Positions 19,789 through 29,687 of a stretch of DNA of 64,000 nucleotides are shown piece after piece. A model generated the notes under the pieces. That model was not told the origin of the DNA, searched no databases, and saw only the letters and a list, made by a program, of their open reading frames with translations. Position 1 is the first letter of the stretch. Every line of letters starts with the position of its first letter. The DNA comes from Planctomycetota bacterium. GTDB lineage: Bacteria; Planctomycetota; UBA1135; UBA2386. The stretch covers positions 4,288,001 through 4,352,000 of the forward strand of contig JBKAGP010000001.1 in assembly GCA_046290465.1 (NCBI GenBank), in the 5' to 3' direction. Position numbers and translations under genes: made by a program.

Positions 19789-19834
19789 CGTGGAGTGAGG
19801 GTCGGCCGGGCCACTCGGCCGATCGATCGTGAGT

Positions 19835-19870
19835 TATCCGTTAGGATAGCGTGATATCCTTCCGGATATC
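19835..19870. promoter_or_regulatory. Twin palindromic upstream activator sequences, probable RtcR sites
   Basis: TATCC-GTTA-GGATA (19835-19848) and GATATCC-TTCC-GGATATC (19853-19870); centres 20 bp apart. Confidence 0.7.
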
Positions 19871-19893
19871 TCCTACGCCGACTCGCGCCGCCG

Positions 19894-20973
19894 CTACTCG
19901 CCGAGATACCGCCGCTGCACCGCCTGCCACTCGTCGCTGCGCAGCACCTCGAGCATCGCCTTGTTCAGCGGCTTGCGCAGGTCGCTGCCGCGCGGCATCG
20001 CGATCGCATACTGCTCCTCCCGCAGCTGCTGCGGCAGGACCAGCAGCTCGGGCTTGTCGAGCGTCAGGTACTTGAGGATCGGCGCGTCGTAGACGACCGC
20101 GTCGACCCGCCCCTGGTCGAGTGCCGCGACCGCCTCCTGCGGCGACGCGAACGGCGAGTAGCGCAGCCGTTGCTCGTCGAGCCACTCGGCCGCCGCCGAG
20201 CCGCCGAGCGTGCCGACCCGCACGTTCGGCAGGTCCTCGGGGCCGCGCACGACCGACTGCATGCGATCGAGGGTCAGCGCCGACGCGATCGCGGCGGTGT
20301 AGCTCGAGATGATCACGATGCTCGCAAACATCCAGACCAGCGCGATCGAGCGGCCGGCCGCGGTCACCGGCGCCTTGTCGCCGTAGCCGACGGTCGTCAT
20401 CGTCACCGCCGAGAACCAGAAGCCGGCGGCCGGCCCGCTGATGCCCTTGCCGCCGAACTGCTCGGGGTTGGCGCGCCGTTCGGCGAGCCACGTCAGCACG
20501 CCGCACACCGCCAGCACCAGCGCCAGCGCGCCGAGCGCCTGCAGCAGCTCGATCGAGAACAGCCGGTCGACCAGCGCGCCGAGCATGCCGCGGTCCTGGC
20601 CGCTGGTCGCGATGCCGAGCCCCGAGGTCAAGAACGGGTGCGAGAAGTCCATGCGGTCCTCACGTTCGGGCGTGATCGTCAGCGCCGCCAGCGCCAGGTC
20701 GACCTCGCCGTTCTCGGCGGCCGTCAGCATGCCGTTCAGGTCACGCTCGACGAACGTCGCGCGGCGGCCGAGTCGCTGCGCGACCATCTGCCACAGCTCG
20801 ATGCTCATGCCGGAGTAGCCGTCGATCGACGGGCCGCTGCCGCCGTCGGACTTCATGACGAACGGCGGCGTCAGCTTGGTGGCGATGGTCAGCGGTTCGG
20901 CTTCCTGGGCGCGCGCGTTCGCGGCGAGCGAAACGAGCAGCGCCAGCAGCCCCAGCAGGACTCTCGGGATCAT
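19894..20973 (-). CDS. GluR0-like ligand-gated K+ channel (split SBP_bac_3 domain around a 2-TM pore)
   Basis: PPFV, ITPERE..DFS.P (S1); TM; FWFS.VTMTTVGYGD filter; TM SSYTAAIAS; S2 lobe ending RYLG. Confidence 0.88.
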   Translation of the reverse strand: MIPRVLLGLLALLVSLAANARAQEAEPLTIATKLTPPFVMKSDGGSGPSIDGYSGMSIELWQMVAQRLGRRATFVERDLNGMLTAAENGEVDLALAALTITPEREDRMDFSHPFLTSGLGIATSGQDRGMLGALVDRLFSIELLQALGALALVLAVCGVLTWLAERRANPEQFGGKGISGPAAGFWFSAVTMTTVGYGDKAPVTAAGRSIALVWMFASIVIISSYTAAIASALTLDRMQSVVRGPEDLPNVRVGTLGGSAAAEWLDEQRLRYSPFASPQEAVAALDQGRVDAVVYDAPILKYLTLDKPELLVLPQQLREEQYAIAMPRGSDLRKPLNKAMLEVLRSDEWQAVQRRYLGE

Positions 20974-21230
20974 GCCCCGAGGCTACCGCGACCGCGTGCG
21001 CCCGGCCCCTGGTAGCCGAGGAACGTGCGCATCGAGTTCGACACGGTGGCGCCGGAGGCGTTGGCGCCCGGGTCCAGACACAGGGCCTGCACGTCCTCGT
21101 CGAGCGTCGCGGTCACGTTGGGTACGGTCCAGGTGATGGTGGCGCTGCCGCTCGCGAGCAGCATGACGCTCGGGATCGCCATCGACGTGGATCCGGGCAT
21201 GCCGATCGGGTCGAGCGGCACGGGGTTCCC
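20970..21230 (-). pseudogene. Remnant encoding only the last half of the shared C-terminal domain
   Basis: PLDPIGMPG...VPN...VQALCLDPGANASGATVSNSMRTFLGY; no signal peptide or passenger domain; abuts the island edge. Confidence 0.6.
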
Positions 21231-22003
21231 AGCGCTCGGCGAGAAGCCGAATCGCGGCGGCGGACGACCTGGGCTTCGGTCGGGCGGCGGCTCGTTCGTT
21301 CTGTGAGTCGAACTCGACGAGGTCGCGGGCGGCGGACGACGGATCGGGGGTACGTTCTCGAATGCACCGGCGAACGGACGCCGTCCTCTTCCGCAGATTG
21401 GTCGACACGCGTCCGCCTACGTTGCCTCCGCCGAGGGCCGATTCATCGTGAGGGCCGGGCACTTCCCGACGTTCGCGAAATCGTCCGTGCCTACGGTTGT
21501 CGGCTTCTTCGAAGCCGACGGCAGGTTTCGTTCGAGGCGAAGGTCATCGCGCAGCAAACTCCGTGCATCAATGTGCCGCTACCGGTCTTGCGTTGACGGC
21601 CGACCAGGATCGGTAGCGGATGTTGTCGCGGCTACCGCACGTGAGGGGCCGCGTTCGGGTGTGACCTGCCATGTGATTCGGGTGTATCGATACACGCTCG
21701 TCGCACGTGTCGATGGTTGACATCCTGCACGGCCATCACTATGCAAGACCAGACGTCGCCCGACCTGCCGGGTTCGTGAAGTGCCTCTCGGAAGAACGAA
21801 GCGTCGCCTCGCCAGGCGGCTTCGTCCATGTTGACGACGTTCGTTGATGGAGCAGTGGGACCTGGGTCCTCTGCATGGAATCGGGAAGGTTCTATGTATC
21901 GAACACTTGGTTCGTCGTCTCTGCGTGCGCGGTTGACGCGACACGATGCCGTGGCCCGTTCGGCAGCCGCCCCTGCCGGGTTGGCTCTTGCGGAGGTCGC
22001 GCG

Positions 22004-24487
22004 GTGAGCGAACCGTCGCGCAAGTCCAGCAGGAGCCGGTCGGGCTTCTCACCGATCGCGGCGTTGGCGGCGTTGCTGATCGGAGTCGTGGCATGTGTGT
22101 GGATCCTCGGCTCCACGGGCGTGGAGGCGCCTCGCGATCGCGACGAGATCGGTCGTAACCCGAAGCCGGTCGAGTCCGTGACTCCGGTGGCCTCGCCGCA
22201 TTCCGAAGCGCAGCGCACGGAGGTGCCGGTCGCCAGTCGCGTGGCCTCGTCGGCGCTCGCCGGTGTCGTGATCTTGCCGGACGGGTTGCCGGCGTCGGGC
22301 GTGCACCTGCAGTTGTCGGCGAGCGATGGGGAGACAGCGCTGGAGGCGGCACGATCCGATGCGGGCGGCCACTTCGCCTGGAGGAACATCCCCGCAGGCA
22401 TCTACCGGATTCGGGCGGAGCTGGATGACCACGTCGCGGAACAGACGGTGGCGGCTCCCGACGAAGGTCTGCTGCTGCAGTTGCGGCGACGACTCTCGCA
22501 CGAGAGTGACGATGTCGCGCTGCGGGTGCGCGTGCTCGATGAGTACGCGAAGCCGCTTCGGGAAGCCGAGGTCGTCGTCACGGGCGACCACGGACGGTGG
22601 CGTGGCGAGACCGCGGCTGACGGCATCTGTTCGTTCCCCGGCAAGCCGTGCTGGCACGCGATGGTCGTCGCCACGACTGGCGACGGACGTTCCGGTGCAG
22701 CGGTGCAATACCCTCGACGCGAACGGCCCGATCCGATGCTCGTCGAGGTCGTGGTGTCCGGCGAAGGATACCTGGTCGGCAGCTTGCGCGCGCCTGCGGG
22801 CGTGGAGCTGCCCAACTCGCTCCAGGTCGTCGCACACCTCGGAGCGGCTGCGACCCCGTTCGGGCGCAAGCACACGGTCGAGTTCGTCGCGCCGGTGCGC
22901 TCTGGCGAGTATCGGTTCGCCAGCCTGCCCGCCGCGACCTACGCGATCGAAGTGCGGGGTCTCGAAGTCGTAGACCTGCAGCTATGCACGCTCGGTGCGG
23001 ACGGGTTGCCCGTGCAGCGGCCGACCGATGGCTGGGTGCAGCCCGTCATGGCCTACGTGCAGGCCGGCAAGACCACGCGGTGTGACCTCCAGGCCGCGCC
23101 CGCGGCGAGCGTGGCCGGGCGCGTCCTGGACGAGGGCGGGCGGGGCATTCCCGGTGCCGTTGTGGAATGTCGCCGGTTGCTCCGCAACGGGCGGGCCGTC
23201 AACGAGGGGCAGGTCGCCGGAGCCCCTGTCGAGGTCGTCGAGGAGTCGGCACCGGCACCGGCACCGCTGCCGATCTATGCGCGAACGGTTCGCACGGACT
23301 CCGAAGGTCGCTACGTGCTGTCGGGCCTGGTTCCTGGTCCCTATCGACTGAAGGCATCGATGGACGGCTTCGCCGAGGTCGTCGACTCGTCCTTCGACCT
23401 CGTCGGAGGTCGTCGTGTGGAACGCAACTTCACGTTGACGAATGCGGGCCGGGTCGAGGTGGTCGTCGGGCACCCGGTCGTGGTTGTCGTGTTCAGCGAC
23501 GATCCCAGATGGTGTCGAGCCGCACGTACCGGGTCGAATGGACAGATCGTCTTCGATGGCGTACCCGTAGGCCGCCACTTTGTCGGCGTCATCGAGACCG
23601 GCGACTTTGCCCGCGCGCAGCTGACGGTGACGGATCCGCCCGATCCGCTGGCCAGTGTGCAGGTGAGCGCTGCCGAGTCCGCGTTCGTAGACCTTCGCGA
23701 ACAGTTGCCGGTCGTGCTCGATGCAGAGATCATCGGTAGCGACGGCCCGTGGTCTGGGGCGCGCGTCGATCTGTTGGGGCGCAGGACGGTTACGGATGGC
23801 GACGGCAGATTCACGCTCCGCTTCGGTTCGCCGATCCAGTCGGAAGAGTACCTTCGGGTCACGCGCGATGGCCTGACACTCGCGCTCGCGATGCCGGCGG
23901 CCAGTCGCGAGGTGCGAAGCTGGCGGGGTCGATTCGACATCGCGACGGAGTCGACGACGATCGTCGCCCGCTCCCATGATGGCAGGCCGGTCGTGGCCGA
24001 CATCCGACTGAGCGGCGGTGTTCGCGGCGCGCTGCGAACTTCACCCGCAGACGGTGCCCTGCATCGGCAGTTGCCGAAGCGAACGATGAGGATGGCCGCC
24101 ACGTTTCCGAGCGGCGCTGTCGTGCGCCGACCCATTCGTGCGGGAGAGACTGTCGAGGTCGTGGCACCCGAGGTGACGACGCTGCGTGCGCGGGTCGTCG
24201 ACGCTTCCAACCGGCCGCAGGAGCGATTCCAGGTGCAGGTGAGGGTCTGGGGCGACCCGGGGGAGCCGCCAGTGGACTGGCAGCCCTGGTCGGAGTCGCG
24301 ACCTTCCACGAAGGGCGGCCACGGCGTGACCGACGCATCCGGATGGGTCGAGTTGCGTGCGCTTCCGGCGGGTCCCGCCATGGTCTTCCTGGCGCCGCGG
24401 CTCGGGTTCACCGGCACCGCGCCGCCTGCGCGCGTTCGGCTCGAAGCGGGGAGACCCGCCGAAGTGGTGTTGAGGCTAGATCCATGA
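22004..24487 (+). CDS. Membrane-anchored multi carboxypeptidase-regulatory-like (Cna-B-type) domain protein
   Basis: GTG start after GGAGGT; N-terminal TM; repeats such as GRVLDEGGRGIPGAVV and TDSEGRYVLSGLVPGPYRL. Confidence 0.75.
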   Translation: MSEPSRKSSRSRSGFSPIAALAALLIGVVACVWILGSTGVEAPRDRDEIGRNPKPVESVTPVASPHSEAQRTEVPVASRVASSALAGVVILPDGLPASGVHLQLSASDGETALEAARSDAGGHFAWRNIPAGIYRIRAELDDHVAEQTVAAPDEGLLLQLRRRLSHESDDVALRVRVLDEYAKPLREAEVVVTGDHGRWRGETAADGICSFPGKPCWHAMVVATTGDGRSGAAVQYPRRERPDPMLVEVVVSGEGYLVGSLRAPAGVELPNSLQVVAHLGAAATPFGRKHTVEFVAPVRSGEYRFASLPAATYAIEVRGLEVVDLQLCTLGADGLPVQRPTDGWVQPVMAYVQAGKTTRCDLQAAPAASVAGRVLDEGGRGIPGAVVECRRLLRNGRAVNEGQVAGAPVEVVEESAPAPAPLPIYARTVRTDSEGRYVLSGLVPGPYRLKASMDGFAEVVDSSFDLVGGRRVERNFTLTNAGRVEVVVGHPVVVVVFSDDPRWCRAARTGSNGQIVFDGVPVGRHFVGVIETGDFARAQLTVTDPPDPLASVQVSAAESAFVDLREQLPVVLDAEIIGSDGPWSGARVDLLGRRTVTDGDGRFTLRFGSPIQSEEYLRVTRDGLTLALAMPAASREVRSWRGRFDIATESTTIVARSHDGRPVVADIRLSGGVRGALRTSPADGALHRQLPKRTMRMAATFPSGAVVRRPIRAGETVEVVAPEVTTLRARVVDASNRPQERFQVQVRVWGDPGEPPVDWQPWSESRPSTKGGHGVTDASGWVELRALPAGPAMVFLAPRLGFTGTAPPARVRLEAGRPAEVVLRLDP

Positions 24488-26184
24488 AGGACACGAACCG
24501 TGGTTGGTTGGCCAACAGGCCCGGAACCTGGATGGCGCTGCTCGCGACCGCAATCGTCGCATGGTCGACGATTCTGGTGGCCGTGCTGATGGCGCCGTCG
24601 CCCTCGCGGGAGGATCGCGAGCGGGACGTGCTGGCGATGCACGAATTGGCGAGGCGGCTCTCGGATTCCGCGTACACCGCCGACCCAGGACTGCGGATTG
24701 AAGGGCGACTGATGACCCCCTCGCCCTCGGTTCGGGTCATCGCCGTCGAGAGCCGACTGCTGGCGTCGGTGCTCGCGAGTGCGCAGCGGGCGCCGCAGGA
24801 GAGTCTGCCGTTCCCGCTGCCGATCGCCGCAGAGACGCGAACCAGGCGCGACGGGAGCTTCCTGCTCGAGGGAGTGCAGCTGGGGCGGTATGCGACCTTC
24901 GTGTCTGCTCCGGGATACCGCCCGGTTCGTCGTGACGGCATCATCGTTCGCGACAGCATCGGAGCCCGAACCAGGCTGACGCTGCGACCGGAGTCGGGCT
25001 GTTCGGGGACCCTGCCGCAAGGCGTCCCCGATGGAGCTTCGTTCGTGCCCCTCTATGCGGGTCACTGGCCGGACCTCGCCTGGCATGATGCGAAGGCCGG
25101 GGTCGTGCGGCTGGAGCGTCGGGATCCGGACGGCTGGCCGCTGGCGCTCGCGTGGAAGCATGGAGAGCGCTTCGGCTGGTGCCGAGTCGAAGTCGACGAG
25201 GCCGGCAGTGCGACCATCCGGGAAACGCAGCTGGCCGATCTGGTCAGCAGCGCTCCGCTCGGTCCGGCTGCGATCGCGGAGTCACCCCTGGCCGCCCTTC
25301 GAGCTCATACCGACTACATGCCGGTCGATGCCAGCGATGCACCAGGTGGCCGGCAGCAACCCGGGCCATCTCGCCTGCGCGTGCGGTCGCGCGAGCCGTT
25401 TGCGCACTACGAGATCACCCTCGACAGCGGCGCGGTTTTTGCGGTGTTCGCTGACGTCTCAGGGACCGGCGAGTTCTATGGGCCGACCGGCGCTGCCCTG
25501 GTGCGTGCCGTCGTGCACGGAGGCAGGCGGACACGTCCGACCGGCGCCTTCCTCCAGCCGGGTGCAGAGGTCTCGATCTACTTGCCGTTTCGTGACGTGC
25601 TGGAGCAGCGGGTGCCAGATGTGGCGCCACGCGTCGAGTTGCCGGGGCGAAACGGGCTGTACGGCTTCTTGCGTAACCTGCAGGGTGAGCCGGTCGTCGG
25701 TGCGACGATCGCCGTGTTCGGCGGCGATCCCGATCGGTCGCGTCCGTTCTACGGAGCGACCGACGAGCACGGGTTCTATCGCATCGACAGCGTGCCGGCG
25801 GCAAGGCGCTACACGATGCGGTACGGGCGGTCGGCTGGGTTCGGCGATTCGTTGCTGCAGCATGTCGCCGAACTCACCGGGGTGGTCGACCAAGGGCCCG
25901 TGCATGAGCGCGTAGATCTGCAGCTCACGGGTACGAGATGCGAGGTAGCCGTGCCCGATGGGCAGCTCGGAGACCTGATCCTGGTGCACGCGGAAGGCCG
26001 CGAGGCGCCGATCGCTCGGGTCTACGTCAAGTCTGCAGGCGAGTCCGTCGTGCTCCGGGATCTCCCGGTCGCTTCGTACCGCCTGACTCTCGAACGTGAG
26101 GCCGTTCCGGTCGCCGAGTCCGGCTTGCAGCCGGCCGGTGACGGCAGCGGGCTCTCGTTGTCCGGTGAATGGCGTTCGAGGTGA
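24484..26184 (+). CDS. Membrane-anchored carboxypeptidase-regulatory-like domain protein
   Basis: ATGA overlap with upstream stop; N-terminal TM; TRRDGSFLLEGVQLGRY, GEPVVGATI, TDEHGFYRIDSVP. Confidence 0.72.
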   Translation: MKDTNRGWLANRPGTWMALLATAIVAWSTILVAVLMAPSPSREDRERDVLAMHELARRLSDSAYTADPGLRIEGRLMTPSPSVRVIAVESRLLASVLASAQRAPQESLPFPLPIAAETRTRRDGSFLLEGVQLGRYATFVSAPGYRPVRRDGIIVRDSIGARTRLTLRPESGCSGTLPQGVPDGASFVPLYAGHWPDLAWHDAKAGVVRLERRDPDGWPLALAWKHGERFGWCRVEVDEAGSATIRETQLADLVSSAPLGPAAIAESPLAALRAHTDYMPVDASDAPGGRQQPGPSRLRVRSREPFAHYEITLDSGAVFAVFADVSGTGEFYGPTGAALVRAVVHGGRRTRPTGAFLQPGAEVSIYLPFRDVLEQRVPDVAPRVELPGRNGLYGFLRNLQGEPVVGATIAVFGGDPDRSRPFYGATDEHGFYRIDSVPAARRYTMRYGRSAGFGDSLLQHVAELTGVVDQGPVHERVDLQLTGTRCEVAVPDGQLGDLILVHAEGREAPIARVYVKSAGESVVLRDLPVASYRLTLEREAVPVAESGLQPAGDGSGLSLSGEWRSR

Positions 26185-26234
26185 ACGTCTGCCGGTTCGT
26201 GTTCCTCTGAGGTCCAAGACCTAGGAGTCAGACA

Positions 26235-27215
26235 ATGAAGTCCCTAGCAATGCTCTCATTCGGCTCGCTAGTCGGCCTGGCGTTTACGCCTGCGTTCGAC
26301 GAAGTGGGTGTGAGTGTGCCGATCGGCGGCACCGAGAGTTCGATCCTGTGCTCGGCGCAGACCAACTACCAGATGGAGTACCTCGGCGATTCGCGCGCCG
26401 AGGAGGTGGCCGACTACGTCGGTCTCGTCGAGTTCGCGGTTTCTGCCCGGTTCCAGGATCCAGACCCGATTCCCGTTCCGGTTCCGCCGCGCAGCACGCT
26501 GCCGAGCCAGCAGACCGACCCGATCTGCAGCTCGGGTACCGGCGGGCCCAACAACCGTTGCTCGACGGATGCCAACCAGAACAAGTGCAGCGCCAACGGC
26601 AACGAAGACGACGGGTCCGGTCACAACTGCTCTGCCGGCGACATCGGCGGCAACGGCGAGTGCAGCACGAACAGCGGGGACTGGAACACCCGCTGCTCGG
26701 TCCACGGTGGTGAGGACAACCACTGCAGTGCCATCGAGCTGCCGGGCAACCCCGGTACCGCCAAGTGCTCGGCCATCGAGAAGGGATTCTGCTCGGTATT
26801 CGGCGGCGGTGGTGACCCTGGTGGCAACGGTGGCGGTGGCGCTGGCGGCAGAGACAACTCCTGCTCGGCCTTCGGTCTGGCGGGGGAAAACCCACAGAAC
26901 CCGAAGTGCTCGGCGTTCGCGAACCTGGGCTTCCCGCTCTGCTCGGTGCTGAAGCACCAGGCCAACGCGACCTGCACGGTCGTCGACTCGGACAACTACG
27001 GCCCCGGCGCGGGAACCTGCTCGACCATGAACCTGCAGGGCCAGCCGGTCGGTCCGCCGCCGAACTTCTGCAGCGTGGTCACCATCCCCGCGGGCGGTGG
27101 TCCTCCGACGGTGGACCCGCCGCAAGGCAACCCGCCGCGTTGCACGACCTCGATCCCGGAGCAGGGCGGCGAAGAGCCGGTCGAGCCGGGTCAGCCGGTC
27201 ATCAACGGCAACTGA
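26235..27215 (+). CDS. Putative exported Cys-Ser repeat protein
   Basis: AGGAG RBS; hydrophobic N-terminus; 17 Cys, all in C-[ST]-[ASTV] motifs with G/N/D/P-rich spacers. Confidence 0.8.
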   Translation: MKSLAMLSFGSLVGLAFTPAFDEVGVSVPIGGTESSILCSAQTNYQMEYLGDSRAEEVADYVGLVEFAVSARFQDPDPIPVPVPPRSTLPSQQTDPICSSGTGGPNNRCSTDANQNKCSANGNEDDGSGHNCSAGDIGGNGECSTNSGDWNTRCSVHGGEDNHCSAIELPGNPGTAKCSAIEKGFCSVFGGGGDPGGNGGGGAGGRDNSCSAFGLAGENPQNPKCSAFANLGFPLCSVLKHQANATCTVVDSDNYGPGAGTCSTMNLQGQPVGPPPNFCSVVTIPAGGGPPTVDPPQGNPPRCTTSIPEQGGEEPVEPGQPVINGN

Positions 27216-27305
27216 GCCGACCCCCTGCCCCGACCCTGCCGGTGCCCAGTGCACCGGCTCGGCCGGGGCTCCCTTGCAGCAATCGAGCAGCGGAGAGTCA
27301 ACCCA

Positions 27306-29687
27306 GTGGAACCGTACTCAAGTCCCATCGAGTCGTCGTCGGCAGGTGGCCGGACCGTGACGACCTGGCGGCACGTGATCGCCGCCCTCGGATACCTGTC
27401 CGTTTTGATCGGTGCGCGCACCGTCCCCACCGGCATCAACGATGTGCATTGCATCGTGACAGCCGCGGTCCTCGTCGCCGGCGCCGCGACGAGCGCGTGG
27501 CTCGGGCGACCGATGCTCGCCCTGATCGGTCTGCTGGCATCGTTGGGGATCATTGCGGTCGACAATCTCGCCAGCGCACTCGCGGTCGGGATGGCGTTCT
27601 GGCTGTGGTTCCGTCGCTTTTGGGCCGGGGCCCCCATGTTGGCGGCGTTCGCGACACTGCTGTGGCTGCGTGAGGTAACGCGCTGGCCAGACGTATTGCT
27701 CGGATGGATATGCAAGCCGATCGAACTGGTGCCGGCGGTCGCAGAGGCCTCCTTGAACCCGACCGCGATCGGTGCATGGCCGATCCTCGGCGCGGTCCTG
27801 CTCGCCTCGGTGCGATCCGATCAGCGGGTTCGTAGGCGATGGCCGCTGATGGCTCTGGTGGTGATGGGCGCTGGCTACGCGGTCTGGCGTGCGACGACCG
27901 TCGACCAGGTCGCGGCCGGTGAGGATGCCATCGAGATGTTCGCGCCCCTGTGGTGGTTGGCGATCGGGTTGTCGGTGCCGGTCTCGCTTTCCGCTGGAGC
28001 ACCGTCGGGCGTGACCACGGCTCACTCGCCTGTCTGGCGTCCGTTGTCCGTGGCCGCGGGTCTCGCGTTCTTGCCGCTGCTCTCGTGGCTGTTGCCGGCG
28101 TCGTCGACCGCGCCTCGTGTCGTGTTCCTCAATGAAGGGGGACTCGATTGGCACTTGCCCAGTCGGGGTGCCCGGGTAGGGGTGGAGTTCGGCATGTTCG
28201 GCGGGCTGCCCTACTACCTCGAAGAGGATGGCATGTCGGTGGCGGCGGTTTCGTTCGACGAGCTGATGGACAAGGGCCTCGACGAATGCGACGTGCTGGT
28301 CACGATCAACAACCCGAGAGTCTGGGCCGACGACGAGGTGCAGCGCGTCGACGGATTCCTCCGAAGAGGTGGTTCGCTACTCGTGCTCGGAGACCACACC
28401 GATGTGTTTGGTTGCAAGAAGGGCTTCGACTCCCTGCTCACGCCGTACGGAATCGGTTTTCGATTCGACTCCGCCTACTTCGTGCGCAACTCGTGGACGG
28501 GGGCTGCCTACGAGACCGTCAATCCGGCGTTCGCACGGGGTCAGGGGCCGTTGGTGCTCGGTCATGGCATCGGGGCATCGCTGGCGATCGACGCGGGCGT
28601 CGAGAATCTGATCGTGGCTCGATACGGCTTCAGCGACACAGGCGTCCGCGCGAACGAGATGGGCGCCTACCTCGGCAACTACCACTACCAGGTTGGCGAA
28701 TTGGCAGGAGACCTGTCGCTGGTTGCCTGGAAGGCAGTGGGCCGGGGACGCATCGTCGCATACGGCGATACCAGTGCCTTTCAAAGCGGCGGCTTGCCGC
28801 ACACGTATCGGCCGCACGTCTTGCCGTTGATGCAGTGGCTCGGAACGCGCGCGGGTATCGCGGAACAGTCGTGGTATCGCCTGCTGATCAGCATCGTCGC
28901 GATCTTGTCCGTGCTCGGAGTGCTGCGTGGGCAGAAGCTGCCGGCCTTGTTGATCGGTAGTGCGGCGCTCGGGTCGGTTCTGGCCGGAGCCCTCGCGCAT
29001 CGGATCGATCCTGCTGATGCCGTGCTCTCGGATCGGATCCTGATCGATGATTCGCTGGATCCCTGGACCGGACACTACGACGCCCAGATGAACTCGACTG
29101 GGCCGCTCTATACGAACATGTCGCGATCGGGTCTGAAGGGCATCGCGGGGGATCAGAGCGTCGATCTCGACCAGGATCCCCGCGGTGTCGTGATGATCGC
29201 GCCGACCCGGCGCATCGGCGACCATGAGGCGTTGCGGCTCCTCGAATACGTATCGAATGGAGGTTCGCTGCTGGTCGCGGCCGGGCTCGAGTCGCGCACG
29301 GCACTCCTGCCACTGTTGACATCGCTCGGCCTCGACATCGGCAGCACACCTCTCGGAACGGTACCCGGCTCCGGCGCGTCCGTCGTCGAGCAACTGGAAC
29401 CGAGGACCCGCAACGCCTGGCCGTTGTACGTCGACGCACGTGCGAGTGGCATCGTACGCGAGCTGTTCCGGTTCGGGCCTCACGTCTTGGCGTTGTCGAT
29501 GCAGATCGGATCGGGACGCCTGGTCTGGATCGGCGATGGCCAGTTCTTCAGCGGGCGCAACGTCGAGACCTCGCGTCACGTGTGGCCCGGCAATGTCCGC
29601 TTCATCGAGAACGTGTTCGCGCTCGCGTTCGGCAGTGATGCCGGCGACGTGCCCGAGCGGTTCCCTTCGCCGGAGAAGCCCCAATGA
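27306..29687 (+). CDS. Multi-pass membrane protein with two DUF4350/GldG-like (GATase-like fold) domains
   Basis: N-terminal TM bundle; GGSLLVLGDHTD, GRGRIVAYGDTS; TM pair; second domain GGSLLVAAG..GSGRLVWIGD; start uncertain. Confidence 0.65.
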   Translation: MEPYSSPIESSSAGGRTVTTWRHVIAALGYLSVLIGARTVPTGINDVHCIVTAAVLVAGAATSAWLGRPMLALIGLLASLGIIAVDNLASALAVGMAFWLWFRRFWAGAPMLAAFATLLWLREVTRWPDVLLGWICKPIELVPAVAEASLNPTAIGAWPILGAVLLASVRSDQRVRRRWPLMALVVMGAGYAVWRATTVDQVAAGEDAIEMFAPLWWLAIGLSVPVSLSAGAPSGVTTAHSPVWRPLSVAAGLAFLPLLSWLLPASSTAPRVVFLNEGGLDWHLPSRGARVGVEFGMFGGLPYYLEEDGMSVAAVSFDELMDKGLDECDVLVTINNPRVWADDEVQRVDGFLRRGGSLLVLGDHTDVFGCKKGFDSLLTPYGIGFRFDSAYFVRNSWTGAAYETVNPAFARGQGPLVLGHGIGASLAIDAGVENLIVARYGFSDTGVRANEMGAYLGNYHYQVGELAGDLSLVAWKAVGRGRIVAYGDTSAFQSGGLPHTYRPHVLPLMQWLGTRAGIAEQSWYRLLISIVAILSVLGVLRGQKLPALLIGSAALGSVLAGALAHRIDPADAVLSDRILIDDSLDPWTGHYDAQMNSTGPLYTNMSRSGLKGIAGDQSVDLDQDPRGVVMIAPTRRIGDHEALRLLEYVSNGGSLLVAAGLESRTALLPLLTSLGLDIGSTPLGTVPGSGASVVEQLEPRTRNAWPLYVDARASGIVRELFRFGPHVLALSMQIGSGRLVWIGDGQFFSGRNVETSRHVWPGNVRFIENVFALAFGSDAGDVPERFPSPEKPQ

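Noticed and set aside
21231..22003. Integrase/transposase remnant or terminal repeats at the island's left end
   Set aside because: Only short motif-less ORFs; no direct or inverted repeat matching the right end found by eye
26235..27215. Classical RiPP precursor (thiazole, lanthipeptide or ranthipeptide)
   Set aside because: No YcaO, LanB/C/M, radical SAM or peptidase-transporter gene nearby, and the protein is long with an export-like N-terminus; cannot be excluded if enzymes act in trans
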